From an uncultured Chloroflexia bacterium (GTDB lineage Bacteria; Chloroflexota; Chloroflexia; QHBQ01; JADMIH01), in contig CAWCNY010000004.1 in the NCBI GenBank assembly GCA_963797095.1, forward strand, positions 576,001-640,000: DNA of 64,000 nt. The letters run 5' to 3'. Each line of letters starts with the position of its first letter. Position 1 is the first letter of the stretch. Both the position numbers and the translations under genes were made by a program. The notes under the pieces are model-generated. The model had not been told where the DNA came from. It made no database searches and saw only the letters and a list, made by a program, of their open reading frames with translations. Of the stretch, positions 1 to 9,885 are shown in pieces.

Positions 1-77
1 ATCACGTCGGGGCCATAAGAGCCGATAAAGTAGAGGACTCGCAGTCGGCGTGGGCTACGCTCTCCCATAGATGGCAT
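1..77 (-). CDS. 5' fragment of a probable GT4 glycosyltransferase (runs off the window)
   Basis: Reverse strand reads MPSMGERSPRRLRVLYFIGSYGPDV, a typical GT-B first strand; TATAAT (89-84) lies 6 nt before the ATG at 77. Confidence 0.6.
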   Translation of the reverse strand, partial: MPSMGERSPRRLRVLYFIGSYGPDV

Positions 78-339
78 AGGGACATTATAAAGCAACAACA
101 GAAACCGCAAATCCCGCAAAACCCACTCCACATTCCGCACGGAATTTCCCAGCTCAAGCCTCAAACTCCGAACTTCAAACCAAAAACTATACTTAAGTAC
201 ACCCCAAAACCTGTCCAGTTTTGTCTCACCAATGCCCTATAGTAAGTGAGGGGAAATCCAACATCTATCGAAGGATAATGCCGGCACCCTGAGCAAATAT
301 CGCCCAGATAGCTATCTCAACTCAGAACTCCCACACTCA

Positions 340-1587
340 CTAACTACAATCCTGGGCTAGCTCACTGTAGAGGGCCACGATCCGCGTGATGATCTCGGTT
401 TCGTCGTAGCGGGCCAGGGTACGGGAGCCGCCTTCAACGAGGTGTGTGCGCAGACCCGGCTCGGTGAGGACGCGAATCATGCCATCGGCCAGGGATTGGG
501 AGCTTTCGGGTTCGACGAGGATGCCGTTTTTGCCGTCCTGGATCATCTCGCTGACCACCGGGAGACGCGTGGCTACAACGGGGCAACAGGCGGCCATAGC
601 TTCCAGTGGAGGGAGGCCAAAACTCTCGTAGCGCGTGGGGTAGACAAGGCAATCGGAGCCACGCATCAAGAGTACCTTGTCCTCTTCGCTGACCTTGCCG
701 AGCAGGATGAGATGGGGTTCGCTGCCGTTCTCTCGGCAAATAGAGAGAAGGTGCTCGGCGCGGGCGGGGTTCTGGCCCGCAAAAAGAAAGGTAGTTGACG
801 GGCAGCGCCGGAGGACCGGCGGCATGGCCTGTGCCAGGGTGTCGTAGCCCTTGCGCTCCTTAAGCTGTCCGAGAAAGAGGACGTGGGGAGAAGGGTAGCC
901 CTGGGCGGGCGATGGCCCAAAGGGCATGCTCTGGATGTAGGGCACGTCGATCCAGAGTGGGATCTTGACGATGCGGGATTGACTTGTGTGACCTGAAGGC
1001 GCTTTATCCATGCCCAAACGCTTCAGAAGAGCCACTTCGTGGCGCGAGAGGGCGATCAGGCGGTCGGCCGCTCGGAGGGGATAGTGCATACAGAAATTCT
1101 GCCAGATAGAGAGGGGCTTATGAAAACGAGCGGCCAGCAATCGCTTGACCAATGTATGTGGAGTGTAGATCAGCCTGCGCAGGTACATCTTGCCCAGGTA
1201 GGGACGCTCGCGGTCGTCCACAAGGTAGGGGTCGTGGAACGGTCCGACCACGGTGAAGACCACCGGGATGCGAAAGAGGCGGGCGAGCAAGACAGCCTGC
1301 CAGTTGAGGGCGTTGCGGAGGTGGAAAAGATGGATCACCTGAGGCCGGAACCGCAGCAAGGGCAGGAGCAGGCCCGGAGAGAGCCAGGGCTTGTACACTT
1401 TGACACGGTAGGTGTCGATGCCATCCACATCTTCGTGGGCGTTGCCTGTGATGTCTGAGCCTGCTTCACGCATGGTGAAAGCAGCGACCTCGTGGCCGCG
1501 AGCCACCAGGGCGCGACCCAGGATAGCCTCAGGCCACTGGCGGAACTGCCGTGTGACGCCCGCTGTGGTGAAGATGGCGACCCTCAC
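340..1587 (-). CDS. Glycosyltransferase family 4
   Basis: N-terminal MRVAIF, F-L-G-Q-L-K-E-R-K-G, and E-S-F-G-L-P-P-L-E-A-M (EX7E); GTGA overlap with the upstream flippase stop. Confidence 0.92.
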   Translation of the reverse strand: MRVAIFTTAGVTRQFRQWPEAILGRALVARGHEVAAFTMREAGSDITGNAHEDVDGIDTYRVKVYKPWLSPGLLLPLLRFRPQVIHLFHLRNALNWQAVLLARLFRIPVVFTVVGPFHDPYLVDDRERPYLGKMYLRRLIYTPHTLVKRLLAARFHKPLSIWQNFCMHYPLRAADRLIALSRHEVALLKRLGMDKAPSGHTSQSRIVKIPLWIDVPYIQSMPFGPSPAQGYPSPHVLFLGQLKERKGYDTLAQAMPPVLRRCPSTTFLFAGQNPARAEHLLSICRENGSEPHLILLGKVSEEDKVLLMRGSDCLVYPTRYESFGLPPLEAMAACCPVVATRLPVVSEMIQDGKNGILVEPESSQSLADGMIRVLTEPGLRTHLVEGGSRTLARYDETEIITRIVALYSELAQDCS

Positions 1588-3197
1588 AGGAACCTCACGA
1601 TCTGCTTGACGAAGGGGAGGCGAATAGAGAGGATGCGCTCTTTGTCGGAGCTATCCATGCCACCCAGGAGCTTGAACACCAGGTAGAAGACACCGGCCCC
1701 GAGGAGGATCATGATGGTGGTCGTGGGGATGTCGGCGGGCAGATAGAGAAGGAAGGGTAGGAGGGTCGCGCCCATGACGGCGGAGGCAGCACCAACTCGG
1801 GCCGTAAAGGCGACCGGGAAGCGCAGCCCCGCGCGGCGAAGCCCAAGCACGAGCGCCACCGAGCGAGAACCGAGGGCGGCGCAGGCCACCGCGATAGCGC
1901 CACCGACCGCGCCGTAGGGCGGGATCAGCAAGATGAGAAGCGGGATACTCACCAGCGAGAAGAGGCGCGCCGAGAGGACCGAGCGATAGTCCTCGTACAC
2001 CATCAGCACGTTGAGGGCAACGCTGATCATAGCCTCACCGAAAAGCCCGACGGCGAGAATAGCGGTGCAGGCCACGACGGTGGGGGTGGTCTCAGGGTTG
2101 AGTACGGCATCATTGCCGCGCTGACCATAGAGAATCTGGAGCAAATTGCGGCCTGTCATGATCAGGCCAACGGCGGCAGGAAGAAGGCCGAGGATCAGCA
2201 CTTTAGTGATGGTGGCGTAAGCGGTGCGCAGACCCTCGATGCGGTTTTCGGCGTAGAGGCGGGCGAAAAGTGGGGTCTGCACGCCCGTGAGGGGCACGAC
2301 CAGGGCGCGCAGGAACTCTTTTGTGAACTTATAGGCAAGGGCGATGGCGGCGCTCTCAACAAAGAAGCGCCCTTCGTTCGCGATCAAGAGGGCCATCATA
2401 AGGGTCACGAAATCGAGGTCGTACAGCCACACGGACCAGTTGATCAGGTAGTTGATCCCGGCGAAGAAGGAGATTCGTCTGGGCAGGGAGCGATTGGAAG
2501 GGGTGTTTACGTTTTCAGGGTTGGGATGGGTTTCATCAGGCAACCTCATGAGGAGGCGCACAGCGAGCCACACCGAGATGGCGACCGACACCACAGTGGC
2601 GATCAAGAGGGCGAGCAGGGCACCTGCCGCGCCCCAGCCGAGAAGGACAAAGCCCGCGGTGAGAGATGGTCGCACAATGGCGACCAGCACATCGAGGGAG
2701 TTGGTGGCGCGCTGGCGGAAGTGGGTGTAAAGAAGCTGGATCGATATATCAGACAGGGCACCAAGCACAAGGAGAGGGCCAATGATGAGGAGTATCCAGC
2801 CGCCATCGTCGCCCAGTTTGAACTGGTCGATCCAGAAACCGGAACCGAAGAAAAGGGCGGCAAGAACCCCTAGTAAGACAACACCTTTGATACCGACAAC
2901 AGCAGAAAGCAAGCGCACAATACCACGCCTGCCGTAGCGAAGCTCGATCTCCGGCAGGAAGCGGGGCAAAGTACGCTCGATCCCGAAGTCGGAGAAGAGG
3001 CCGAGGGCATCGAGGAGGGCCAGGCTGGTAACGTAGACCGCAAAGCCCTCGGCGCGTAGCTGTCGCACAATTACGATGCCAGCAAGGAAGGGGATCAGCA
3101 GTTTGAGCGGGAAGAAAGCAACATTCCAGAAGACCGCCCAGCCTGCGCGCTCAACAAGCGGCCTGGGAGCTTTGGGTTTGGTGGCTGAGGAGGTCAT
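1584..3197 (-). CDS. Wzx/MOP-family oligosaccharide flippase
   Basis: About 14 hydrophobic segments; 'DFGIERTLPRFL' and 'PLFARLYA' MOP-type motifs; glycan cluster context. Confidence 0.85.
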   Translation of the reverse strand: MTSSATKPKAPRPLVERAGWAVFWNVAFFPLKLLIPFLAGIVIVRQLRAEGFAVYVTSLALLDALGLFSDFGIERTLPRFLPEIELRYGRRGIVRLLSAVVGIKGVVLLGVLAALFFGSGFWIDQFKLGDDGGWILLIIGPLLVLGALSDISIQLLYTHFRQRATNSLDVLVAIVRPSLTAGFVLLGWGAAGALLALLIATVVSVAISVWLAVRLLMRLPDETHPNPENVNTPSNRSLPRRISFFAGINYLINWSVWLYDLDFVTLMMALLIANEGRFFVESAAIALAYKFTKEFLRALVVPLTGVQTPLFARLYAENRIEGLRTAYATITKVLILGLLPAAVGLIMTGRNLLQILYGQRGNDAVLNPETTPTVVACTAILAVGLFGEAMISVALNVLMVYEDYRSVLSARLFSLVSIPLLILLIPPYGAVGGAIAVACAALGSRSVALVLGLRRAGLRFPVAFTARVGAASAVMGATLLPFLLYLPADIPTTTIMILLGAGVFYLVFKLLGGMDSSDKERILSIRLPFVKQIVRFL

Positions 3198-3250
3198 CGG
3201 GTATTGCTTACTGACTGTTGCTTACTGCGTATGGTGGGCGTGTATAGAGG

Positions 3251-6055
3251 CTAGCGTTCAATAATGACCTGGTCTACCTGAACGCCCAGGGCGCGCTGGT
3301 CGTAGCTTATGCCTGCCGAGGAGCCGGACCAGGTGGGGGCGTAGATGTGGAGCAAGGCGTAGTCAGGGTCCTTTTCGGTCTTAGGAATGCCTGCGGGAAC
3401 CCGGAAGGTGTAGTTCAGGAAATCGCTGCCGGGCGGGAGGGTAACCTCGCCCAGGGGCGTGTTATCAAGGGAGACTGTGACAGTGATCGGATCGGTGCGC
3501 AGAACGGGCAAGCCCAGCTGAGATGTTTCGGGGCGCAGCAACATATGAATCGTGCCTGAGATATAAGAACTGGTGTCCGAGGTGGGCCAGGGCACGCGCA
3601 GGATAGCATGTGCTCCCGTCCAGCGCCAGTAGGTCGATTGGGGGGTATCGCGCTCCTGCTTGTTCCAGCCTGACACCAACCATGCATAGTCGTTGTTGCC
3701 AATGTCCACGTTGAAAGGCCAGGAAGGGGCGGCGGTGCGCGGCTCCAACGAGTAAATGCCCCAGGGCAGGAACGACTCGGACACATTAGTGGGTTTCTGG
3801 TAGTATAGCTGCTCGAACTCAGGCACGCGATACTCCCAGTAGCCCTCATACTTGAGCGTGTATTTGTCGAGGAGGAGCTTGCCGCCATTCGCGCCCATCA
3901 GCACATACACTTTGTAGCCCTGCGATTGCCACCGGTCGATTACGGACTGGATCACGGCGTTGTTGTTGTTGGGGTAGGTGCGCGCCAGCACGAAACTCTC
4001 AATACCGTAGATATATTGGAGCGGCGTCGCGACCACATATGGCTCGTCGCGCTCGTTGCTGAAAAGGAGGACCGATTTGCTATCGAAGCGGGAGGCGAGG
4101 CTATCAAGCTGGGCTACAGCGCCACCGTCCTCTACATGGGGGATGATAGCGCGACTTGTATAGACGAAGAAGCCCGCCAGGAGCACGACCACCACACCCG
4201 CTATTGCCCAAGCGGCCACGCGAGGCCGTATTCGGGTCCAGAGGAAGGCAACTGCCCAGGCGAAGCCGAGGATGAGGGCGGGAAGGACGATGGGCAGGTA
4301 GCGGCGCATAGTATAGATGTAGTGGGCTTCGGTGTACGTCTCCTGAATAAACACGTAGCCTACCACGATCAAAGTAGCGAAGAAGAGGCCGGAGGCGGCG
4401 GCAAGGCGATCCCACATCCATCGCAGCAGGCCCGCCACGCCCAGCAGGATGCCGAAGGGAGAGAGGTACCACCCTATCCTGAGCAGGTTGTAGCGCGAGC
4501 CCTGGTCAACGGGCGCGCCGATGTAGCTTTCCCAGGTGGTAACCACCGCCTGCGGAATAACGTTGCCCGCATCGTCATGGCGCACGTTGGCCTGCCAGGG
4601 TGCATAAAAGTAGTTATAGAGCACATAGATTGCCAGCAGAACAATCAGCGCACCCACCCATACGCGCCGGTAGCGTGGCACGAGGGATTCGAGGCGCACC
4701 CACAGCGGCTTGAGGCGCGGATAGAGCCGGTCGATGGCGATCAGGAGGGCGACGCCCAGGTAGAGGGCGATCAGGAGCGGACCCCACAGGCGGCGAACAT
4801 TCTGGATGGTGTTGTGGTAAAGATCAAGGGTGTAGGGGTAGTTGTAGAAAGCGTAGTGTACGGCATAGAGCAGCATGAACGCGCCGAGAGTGGCGGCGAA
4901 CCACGTATGGGCGGGCTGCCAGCGCCGTGCCAGCCGCCAGTAGATGAGGTAGATAGGGAGAGGCGCGAAGTAGAAGATGAAATCGGGCCTGGCAAGCGCG
5001 ATCTCGCCCAGCGATGCGCCGGCGACTATGCCCCACAGGATGGACCAGGGCAAGCGGGAATCCTCTGGGGCGATACCGGACTGGTCGGGGTTGTCTATCT
5101 CTCGTGAAGGCTTGTCGGAGGCGAGTTGCACCATGCGCAGGAAGGCAAAGAAGGCGGCGAAGGCCAGGAGGGCCGTTATCACCTCGGACACGGGGTAGCG
5201 AGCGAACCAGATCACTACCGGACATAGCACCATGAGGAGGAGCGCCACCAGGGCAGCGCCATCGCCAAGGGCGCGGCGCGCAAAGAAGTAGACGGCAAGC
5301 ACAAAGAGGAGGGCGAGCAGAGGCGTGGTGTAGAGCGCGCCCCAGATGCCGAACAGCGAATAGAGCAGCGCAATCCAGGCGGGATAGAGGTTGTAGTGCT
5401 GAGGAAGGACCTCGGCGGCTTGCTTATCAAGCACGTAGAAGGCGGGCATACGCAAGTTGGCTAGGGTGTAGCGGTCGCGGGAGAGGCCAAGCATTAGCTC
5501 ATTGACCTCGCCTTTGTCGTTGTCAAGCTCGCGCATGAGGCGGTCGCGCTGAATTATGGAGCCGCTTCGCGCCATGGCGACTCCCGCGTTGATGTAGGCC
5601 CCGGAGTCGAGCGCGCCACGCAGCATCTCCGCAGGCCGCGAGAAAAGGATGGCGGCCAGAAGAATAAGGCCGATCAGCGCGAACCTGTGGAGGCGATAGA
5701 GACGACTCTCGGTGGCGCGACGCGGGTAGGAGGCTGGCACAGAGAGGAGCGGTAATAGGGCGCGGGCACGAAGGTGTGCCTCGCCAAGCGTGATAGCGAT
5801 CAGCAGCGAGATCAAGGCCACGAGTACCAGGATCAAGACCCAGTTGAGGAGGCCGACCTCGGCAAGAATGAAAGAGACCAGTCCGGTAATCAGGAAGCTG
5901 AGCAGCACGGCTGAAAAGAGCCACTCGTCGCGGCCCGCGAAGAAGGGCCGTCCGGTGCCTCGTGTGGTGAGCGCATTGAGGATCACGGCTCCCGGCACGT
6001 AGAGTAAGAAGGCCAGCACGGGCAGGCCTAGCAGCCACCTGAGAATATCTAGCAC
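3251..6055 (-). CDS. Large polytopic GT-C-like (PMT/ArnT-like) glycosyltransferase with C-terminal extracellular beta domain
   Basis: ORF 3251..6157; start moved to GTG 6055 downstream of AGGAGG; 'DSGAY' loop motif, 'RYLPIVLP', C-terminal 'WRWT...DQRALGV'. Confidence 0.75.
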   Translation of the reverse strand: MLDILRWLLGLPVLAFLLYVPGAVILNALTTRGTGRPFFAGRDEWLFSAVLLSFLITGLVSFILAEVGLLNWVLILVLVALISLLIAITLGEAHLRARALLPLLSVPASYPRRATESRLYRLHRFALIGLILLAAILFSRPAEMLRGALDSGAYINAGVAMARSGSIIQRDRLMRELDNDKGEVNELMLGLSRDRYTLANLRMPAFYVLDKQAAEVLPQHYNLYPAWIALLYSLFGIWGALYTTPLLALLFVLAVYFFARRALGDGAALVALLLMVLCPVVIWFARYPVSEVITALLAFAAFFAFLRMVQLASDKPSREIDNPDQSGIAPEDSRLPWSILWGIVAGASLGEIALARPDFIFYFAPLPIYLIYWRLARRWQPAHTWFAATLGAFMLLYAVHYAFYNYPYTLDLYHNTIQNVRRLWGPLLIALYLGVALLIAIDRLYPRLKPLWVRLESLVPRYRRVWVGALIVLLAIYVLYNYFYAPWQANVRHDDAGNVIPQAVVTTWESYIGAPVDQGSRYNLLRIGWYLSPFGILLGVAGLLRWMWDRLAAASGLFFATLIVVGYVFIQETYTEAHYIYTMRRYLPIVLPALILGFAWAVAFLWTRIRPRVAAWAIAGVVVVLLAGFFVYTSRAIIPHVEDGGAVAQLDSLASRFDSKSVLLFSNERDEPYVVATPLQYIYGIESFVLARTYPNNNNAVIQSVIDRWQSQGYKVYVLMGANGGKLLLDKYTLKYEGYWEYRVPEFEQLYYQKPTNVSESFLPWGIYSLEPRTAAPSWPFNVDIGNNDYAWLVSGWNKQERDTPQSTYWRWTGAHAILRVPWPTSDTSSYISGTIHMLLRPETSQLGLPVLRTDPITVTVSLDNTPLGEVTLPPGSDFLNYTFRVPAGIPKTEKDPDYALLHIYAPTWSGSSAGISYDQRALGVQVDQVIIER

Positions 6056-6119
6056 GAGGATCTGGCTAACCTCCTGAACGATGGGCCAATGAAGCGCGAG
6101 AAGTGCTCGGATCGAAGAT

Positions 6120-7349
6120 TTAGGAGCATGGCACATGTTCGGCTGATAGGGTGGCAAAGAGTTGTTCGGTGTCGGCGGCTACTCTTTGCCAGGTGAATTG
6201 CTCAGCGGCCAGGCGCGCGCCCCGCCGACCCATTTCGGCGCGCGCTTGTGGGTGCTCCCACATCCATTTTAGCTTATCTGCGAGGGCTTGTTCATTTCCG
6301 GGTGGAACGAGGAAGCCTGTTTCACCTTCGATAACTTTGTCAGGGATACCGCCAACGACGCTGGCAACCACCGGAAGAGAGTGGACCATCGCTTCGAGGG
6401 TGACCAGCGAGCTGCCCTCGTATAAAGTGGAGTGGGCGAAGAGATCGCACATTGGATAAAGGCTATGAAGCTCTCCGTCGGTAAGGCCGCCTGTGAACAG
6501 GATGTGGTTGGCGAGGCCGAGAGAGCCTGCGAGGGATTGCAAAGAAGCTTTGAGGGAGCCTTCGCCGACGACGACCCAGCGCCACGGCGCGCCCTGTGAG
6601 CTTGAGAGGGCAAGTGCGCGCAGGAGATGGTCGAAGCCCTTGTTGGCCTCTAATCTGCCCACGCTTATGCCCAGCGGCGCGCCTGAGTCGTTTCCGAGGA
6701 GGGGGAAGCGGCCCCGAAGGGGCGTTTGTATTAACGGGTCTACGAGTGCTAGCAATTCTTCTCGGTCGACACCGTTGGGTAAGACAACTACTTTGGCGGG
6801 GTCAATATCAAGGAGGCGGGCGACTTCGTCGCGCATGGCGCGGTCGGTGGCAACCACGCGGTCGGCGGCGCGGCAGGCAGCGCGCACCCATGAGCGGAAA
6901 GGGGCGTAGGCCAGGCGCTTGAGGGGATCGCGCACCTTGAACTCTTCCATGCCGTGGGGATTGGCAAGCATGGGTACTCCCCACTCGGAGGCGCGGCGCA
7001 CACCCCAGGCGCACAGGCCGTGGGCGTAGATGCCTGCGATATGGCCGCGATAAGCGAGGCCAGCCACGCGCTCGCCTATGCGTTCCACAAAGGCGCGGTA
7101 GTTGGTGAGGCGGGCGGGGATGCCGTTGGGGGGGAGCGGGAATCTGCCATAGCGAACGGAGTGTACGGTGAGGCGGCCCGGTGCGCCAGGTGGAGGGATG
7201 ACGGGCTGGCCCGGTGGAAGGGCGCGAGTGTAGAGGGCGATGTCCACACCACGGCTCAAGAGGTGGCGGGAAAGCGATGTGGAGGAGCGTTCCAGACCAC
7301 CGTAGCCGTGTTGGGGGTAGATGGCGCGCACGCAGTAGGCCAGCCTCAT
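6120..7349 (-). CDS. Glycosyltransferase family 4
   Basis: 'GGLERS', 'VGRLEANKG', 'EGSSLVTLEAM'. Confidence 0.92.
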   Translation of the reverse strand: MRLAYCVRAIYPQHGYGGLERSSTSLSRHLLSRGVDIALYTRALPPGQPVIPPPGAPGRLTVHSVRYGRFPLPPNGIPARLTNYRAFVERIGERVAGLAYRGHIAGIYAHGLCAWGVRRASEWGVPMLANPHGMEEFKVRDPLKRLAYAPFRSWVRAACRAADRVVATDRAMRDEVARLLDIDPAKVVVLPNGVDREELLALVDPLIQTPLRGRFPLLGNDSGAPLGISVGRLEANKGFDHLLRALALSSSQGAPWRWVVVGEGSLKASLQSLAGSLGLANHILFTGGLTDGELHSLYPMCDLFAHSTLYEGSSLVTLEAMVHSLPVVASVVGGIPDKVIEGETGFLVPPGNEQALADKLKWMWEHPQARAEMGRRGARLAAEQFTWQRVAADTEQLFATLSAEHVPCS

Positions 7350-8698
7350 GCTCCCACCCCTGTGCGGGTCATGGAAATTGGTGAATCTGAGGGTTGGTGT
7401 TCGGCCAGAAGGTTGAGATACAGCTGTTCCACCTCAGCAGCCACGCGGTCAGAGGAAAAGACCGTTTCAGCACGGCGGCGCGCACCTGCACGAAGGCGCG
7501 CATTCAGGGTGGGATCGGTAGCGACTGCACGAGCGCCCGCGGCCAGGGTAGCGGGGTCTGATGCGAGCCATCCGCTTTCGCCATGAGAGATGATATCGCC
7601 CGTACCTCCCGTGTTCATGGCGACAATCGCGGCGGAGGCGGCGCACGCTTCGAGCAGAACGCGGCTCAGCGGCTCCTGCCAGGCGGAGGGAAAGAGGAGG
7701 AGGGCGGCGCTGTGCATCAGCCGCAGGATCGCGTCGTTGTCCAGCCATTCGTAGAAGCGAAAGTCGAGATGCTTGGAGGCTGCGGCGCGCTCTAGCTCTG
7801 GGCGCAGCGGACCATCACCCGCCACGATTACAGGCATTTTGAGGGTTGCCCGCTCCATCACTTCGGGAAGATACTGTGCGCCCTTGTTGGTGTCCAGCTT
7901 GCCGACGAAAAGGGCGAAGCGGTCTTGTAGGGATATGTCGTGCAGAGGCCATGGAGAGGCGAGGGCAAGTTCAACGCTGGGGAGGTGGATAAGGTTGGGT
8001 ATATTGACCAGCTTCTGACCGGGCACGCGCTTGCTGAGGGCCAGTTGGTCGCGGACGTAGCGGCTTACCGCTATGATCTGGTCGCAGGTGGCAAGTTGGC
8101 GGCTTGAGCCAAGAGTCGCCAGCCAGCGGACAATCGCCGGCGATAGCTTGAGCGGGGAGCGATCTGTGCTGGAAACGCACCGTAGATACACGCGCAGATC
8201 ATGGCACGAAGGGCATTCGAAAGTATCGCCGTTGGAGCGCGTGAAAAGTCGGGTGCTGACCGGGCAGAGGGGCCAGTAATCGCGAATAGTGGCTGCGGAC
8301 ACCACTCGTGCGCCTCCTGAGCGAGCGCGGCGGGCTGCAATCGAAGCGGCAGTAGCTGAGGCTTTGTGCTGACCGTGGAGTATATCGGCTTGACGCGCCA
8401 GCGCAAGACGCGAGGCCCTTCGAGCCATGAGGCCGGCGGCGGCGCGCTCTCTCCACGCCTTGCCCGCACCTGCTTTCTCGGCCCACGACGGCGCTGGAGG
8501 AAGCAGCACCCATTCGACTGGGAGTCCCTCGTAAGTGTCGTGTCGCAAAGTTGGGCGTGGGGTTGTAGAGTCCCAATCGGGGCGGAGGATGCGCACAGTA
8601 TGGCCGCGCTCTGCCAGGCTCTTGCCCAGGTAGAAGGTGCTCCAGCCGCTGCCACCGCTGCGTGGAGGGAAAACGTCCGTCAGCAAGAGCACTTTCAG
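7346..8698 (-). CDS. Glycosyltransferase family 4
   Basis: 'KVLLLTDVFPPRSGG', 'DYWPLCP', 'FVGKLDTNKG', 'EPLSRVLLEA'; start placed at CTG 8698 (or GTG 8692) after AAGGAG rather than ORF-track 8737. Confidence 0.88.
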   Translation of the reverse strand: MKVLLLTDVFPPRSGGSGWSTFYLGKSLAERGHTVRILRPDWDSTTPRPTLRHDTYEGLPVEWVLLPPAPSWAEKAGAGKAWRERAAAGLMARRASRLALARQADILHGQHKASATAASIAARRARSGGARVVSAATIRDYWPLCPVSTRLFTRSNGDTFECPSCHDLRVYLRCVSSTDRSPLKLSPAIVRWLATLGSSRQLATCDQIIAVSRYVRDQLALSKRVPGQKLVNIPNLIHLPSVELALASPWPLHDISLQDRFALFVGKLDTNKGAQYLPEVMERATLKMPVIVAGDGPLRPELERAAASKHLDFRFYEWLDNDAILRLMHSAALLLFPSAWQEPLSRVLLEACAASAAIVAMNTGGTGDIISHGESGWLASDPATLAAGARAVATDPTLNARLRAGARRRAETVFSSDRVAAEVEQLYLNLLAEHQPSDSPISMTRTGVGA

Positions 8699-9885
8699 AG
8701 CGCGATCTCCTTGAGGATGCCATCGAGCGCGAGGCAATGGGCGCGCCAGCTATATCGCTCCACCACGCGCTCACGGGCAGATGCACCCATGCGCCATGCG
8801 GCATCGAGGTCGCGCTCCAGGCGCAGTAGGGCACTAACCAGGGTGTCTATATCGCCGGAAGGATAGAGCAGCCCCTCCCGCCCATCGCGAACGATCGTGT
8901 TCAGAGGCGGAATGTCGATAGTGACCACCGGCAGGCGCATCGACATATACTCGAACACTTTGAGGGGCGACCAGTAGAAGCCGAAGGTGCGAAGCGGGGC
9001 ATAGGAGGAGAGATCGAAGGGGGCAACGCCCATGGAAGCCAGAGCAAGAAGGAGAGGCACGCGGGTGTGATCCTGCGGCCCGGTGAAGATGAAGCGACCA
9101 GGGGGCAGGCCCCAGGAGCGCACCTGCTCCTCAAGAGGAGCTAGCTCCGGCCCGCCGCCTATGGCGAGGAAAGAGAGTTTGCTGCCCTCAATCATGAGGC
9201 GGCGAGCGGCCTCGGCGAAGTGTGCCACGCCATGCCAGGCGCGAAAGCTGCCGAGGAAGACGGCCACCGGACCATCGCAAACGAGGCCAAGTTCTCTTTT
9301 GAGTGTTTCCAACTCAGCCCGGTGTGTGTCTCTGATCGCGGGGTCGAATCTATCGACGTTCGCGCCCCAGGATAGCTCATGGATGACAGAACGCGGCACT
9401 TCCGGCGGCACTGTAGTATTCAATGGGGTGACGACGGCTGCGCTCCAGCGCGCCTGCTTGACAGCCCACCTGCGCATCATGCCAAGGAGCGCCTTGTCTA
9501 TCTTCGTCTTGAGGCTGCCTGGCGGGTCGATCATGGGCGCGTTGACTTCCAGGAGCGCGGGGATGCCTGCCCTGTGGGCGAGGAGGATGCCCGCGCCCGC
9601 GAAGTTGTAGAAGCGCTCCATAACAACCTGTGGGCTCAACCTCTGTATAGCACGCCGTACAACTGGAAGGCCCAACATAGCCAATTGCGCGCGGTGGCGC
9701 ACCGGCCGGACTGGGATATCACAATCATCAAGCCTGAGATTTCGGGGTGCATCGGGAGGCGGTTGTGCAACCACCAGCACCTGATGGCCCAGAGCGCGTA
9801 GGCCGCAAGCCACCTCGTTGACGTGCGTCGAGCCACCGGAGGCGCTGCCCACCTGGATGGCGGAGGCCACGTACAGGATCCTCAA
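8695..9885 (-). CDS. Glycosyltransferase family 4
   Basis: 'RILYVA', 'FLGSFRAWHG', 'SPLKVFEYM'; TTG 9885 overlaps the upstream TGA (TTGA). Confidence 0.9.
   Translation of the reverse strand: MRILYVASAIQVGSASGGSTHVNEVACGLRALGHQVLVVAQPPPDAPRNLRLDDCDIPVRPVRHRAQLAMLGLPVVRRAIQRLSPQVVMERFYNFAGAGILLAHRAGIPALLEVNAPMIDPPGSLKTKIDKALLGMMRRWAVKQARWSAAVVTPLNTTVPPEVPRSVIHELSWGANVDRFDPAIRDTHRAELETLKRELGLVCDGPVAVFLGSFRAWHGVAHFAEAARRLMIEGSKLSFLAIGGGPELAPLEEQVRSWGLPPGRFIFTGPQDHTRVPLLLALASMGVAPFDLSSYAPLRTFGFYWSPLKVFEYMSMRLPVVTIDIPPLNTIVRDGREGLLYPSGDIDTLVSALLRLERDLDAAWRMGASARERVVERYSWRAHCLALDGILKEIAL

Noticed and set aside
3926-5107. 393-aa plus-strand ORF
   Set aside because: Antisense shadow of a GC-rich membrane-protein gene; no motifs
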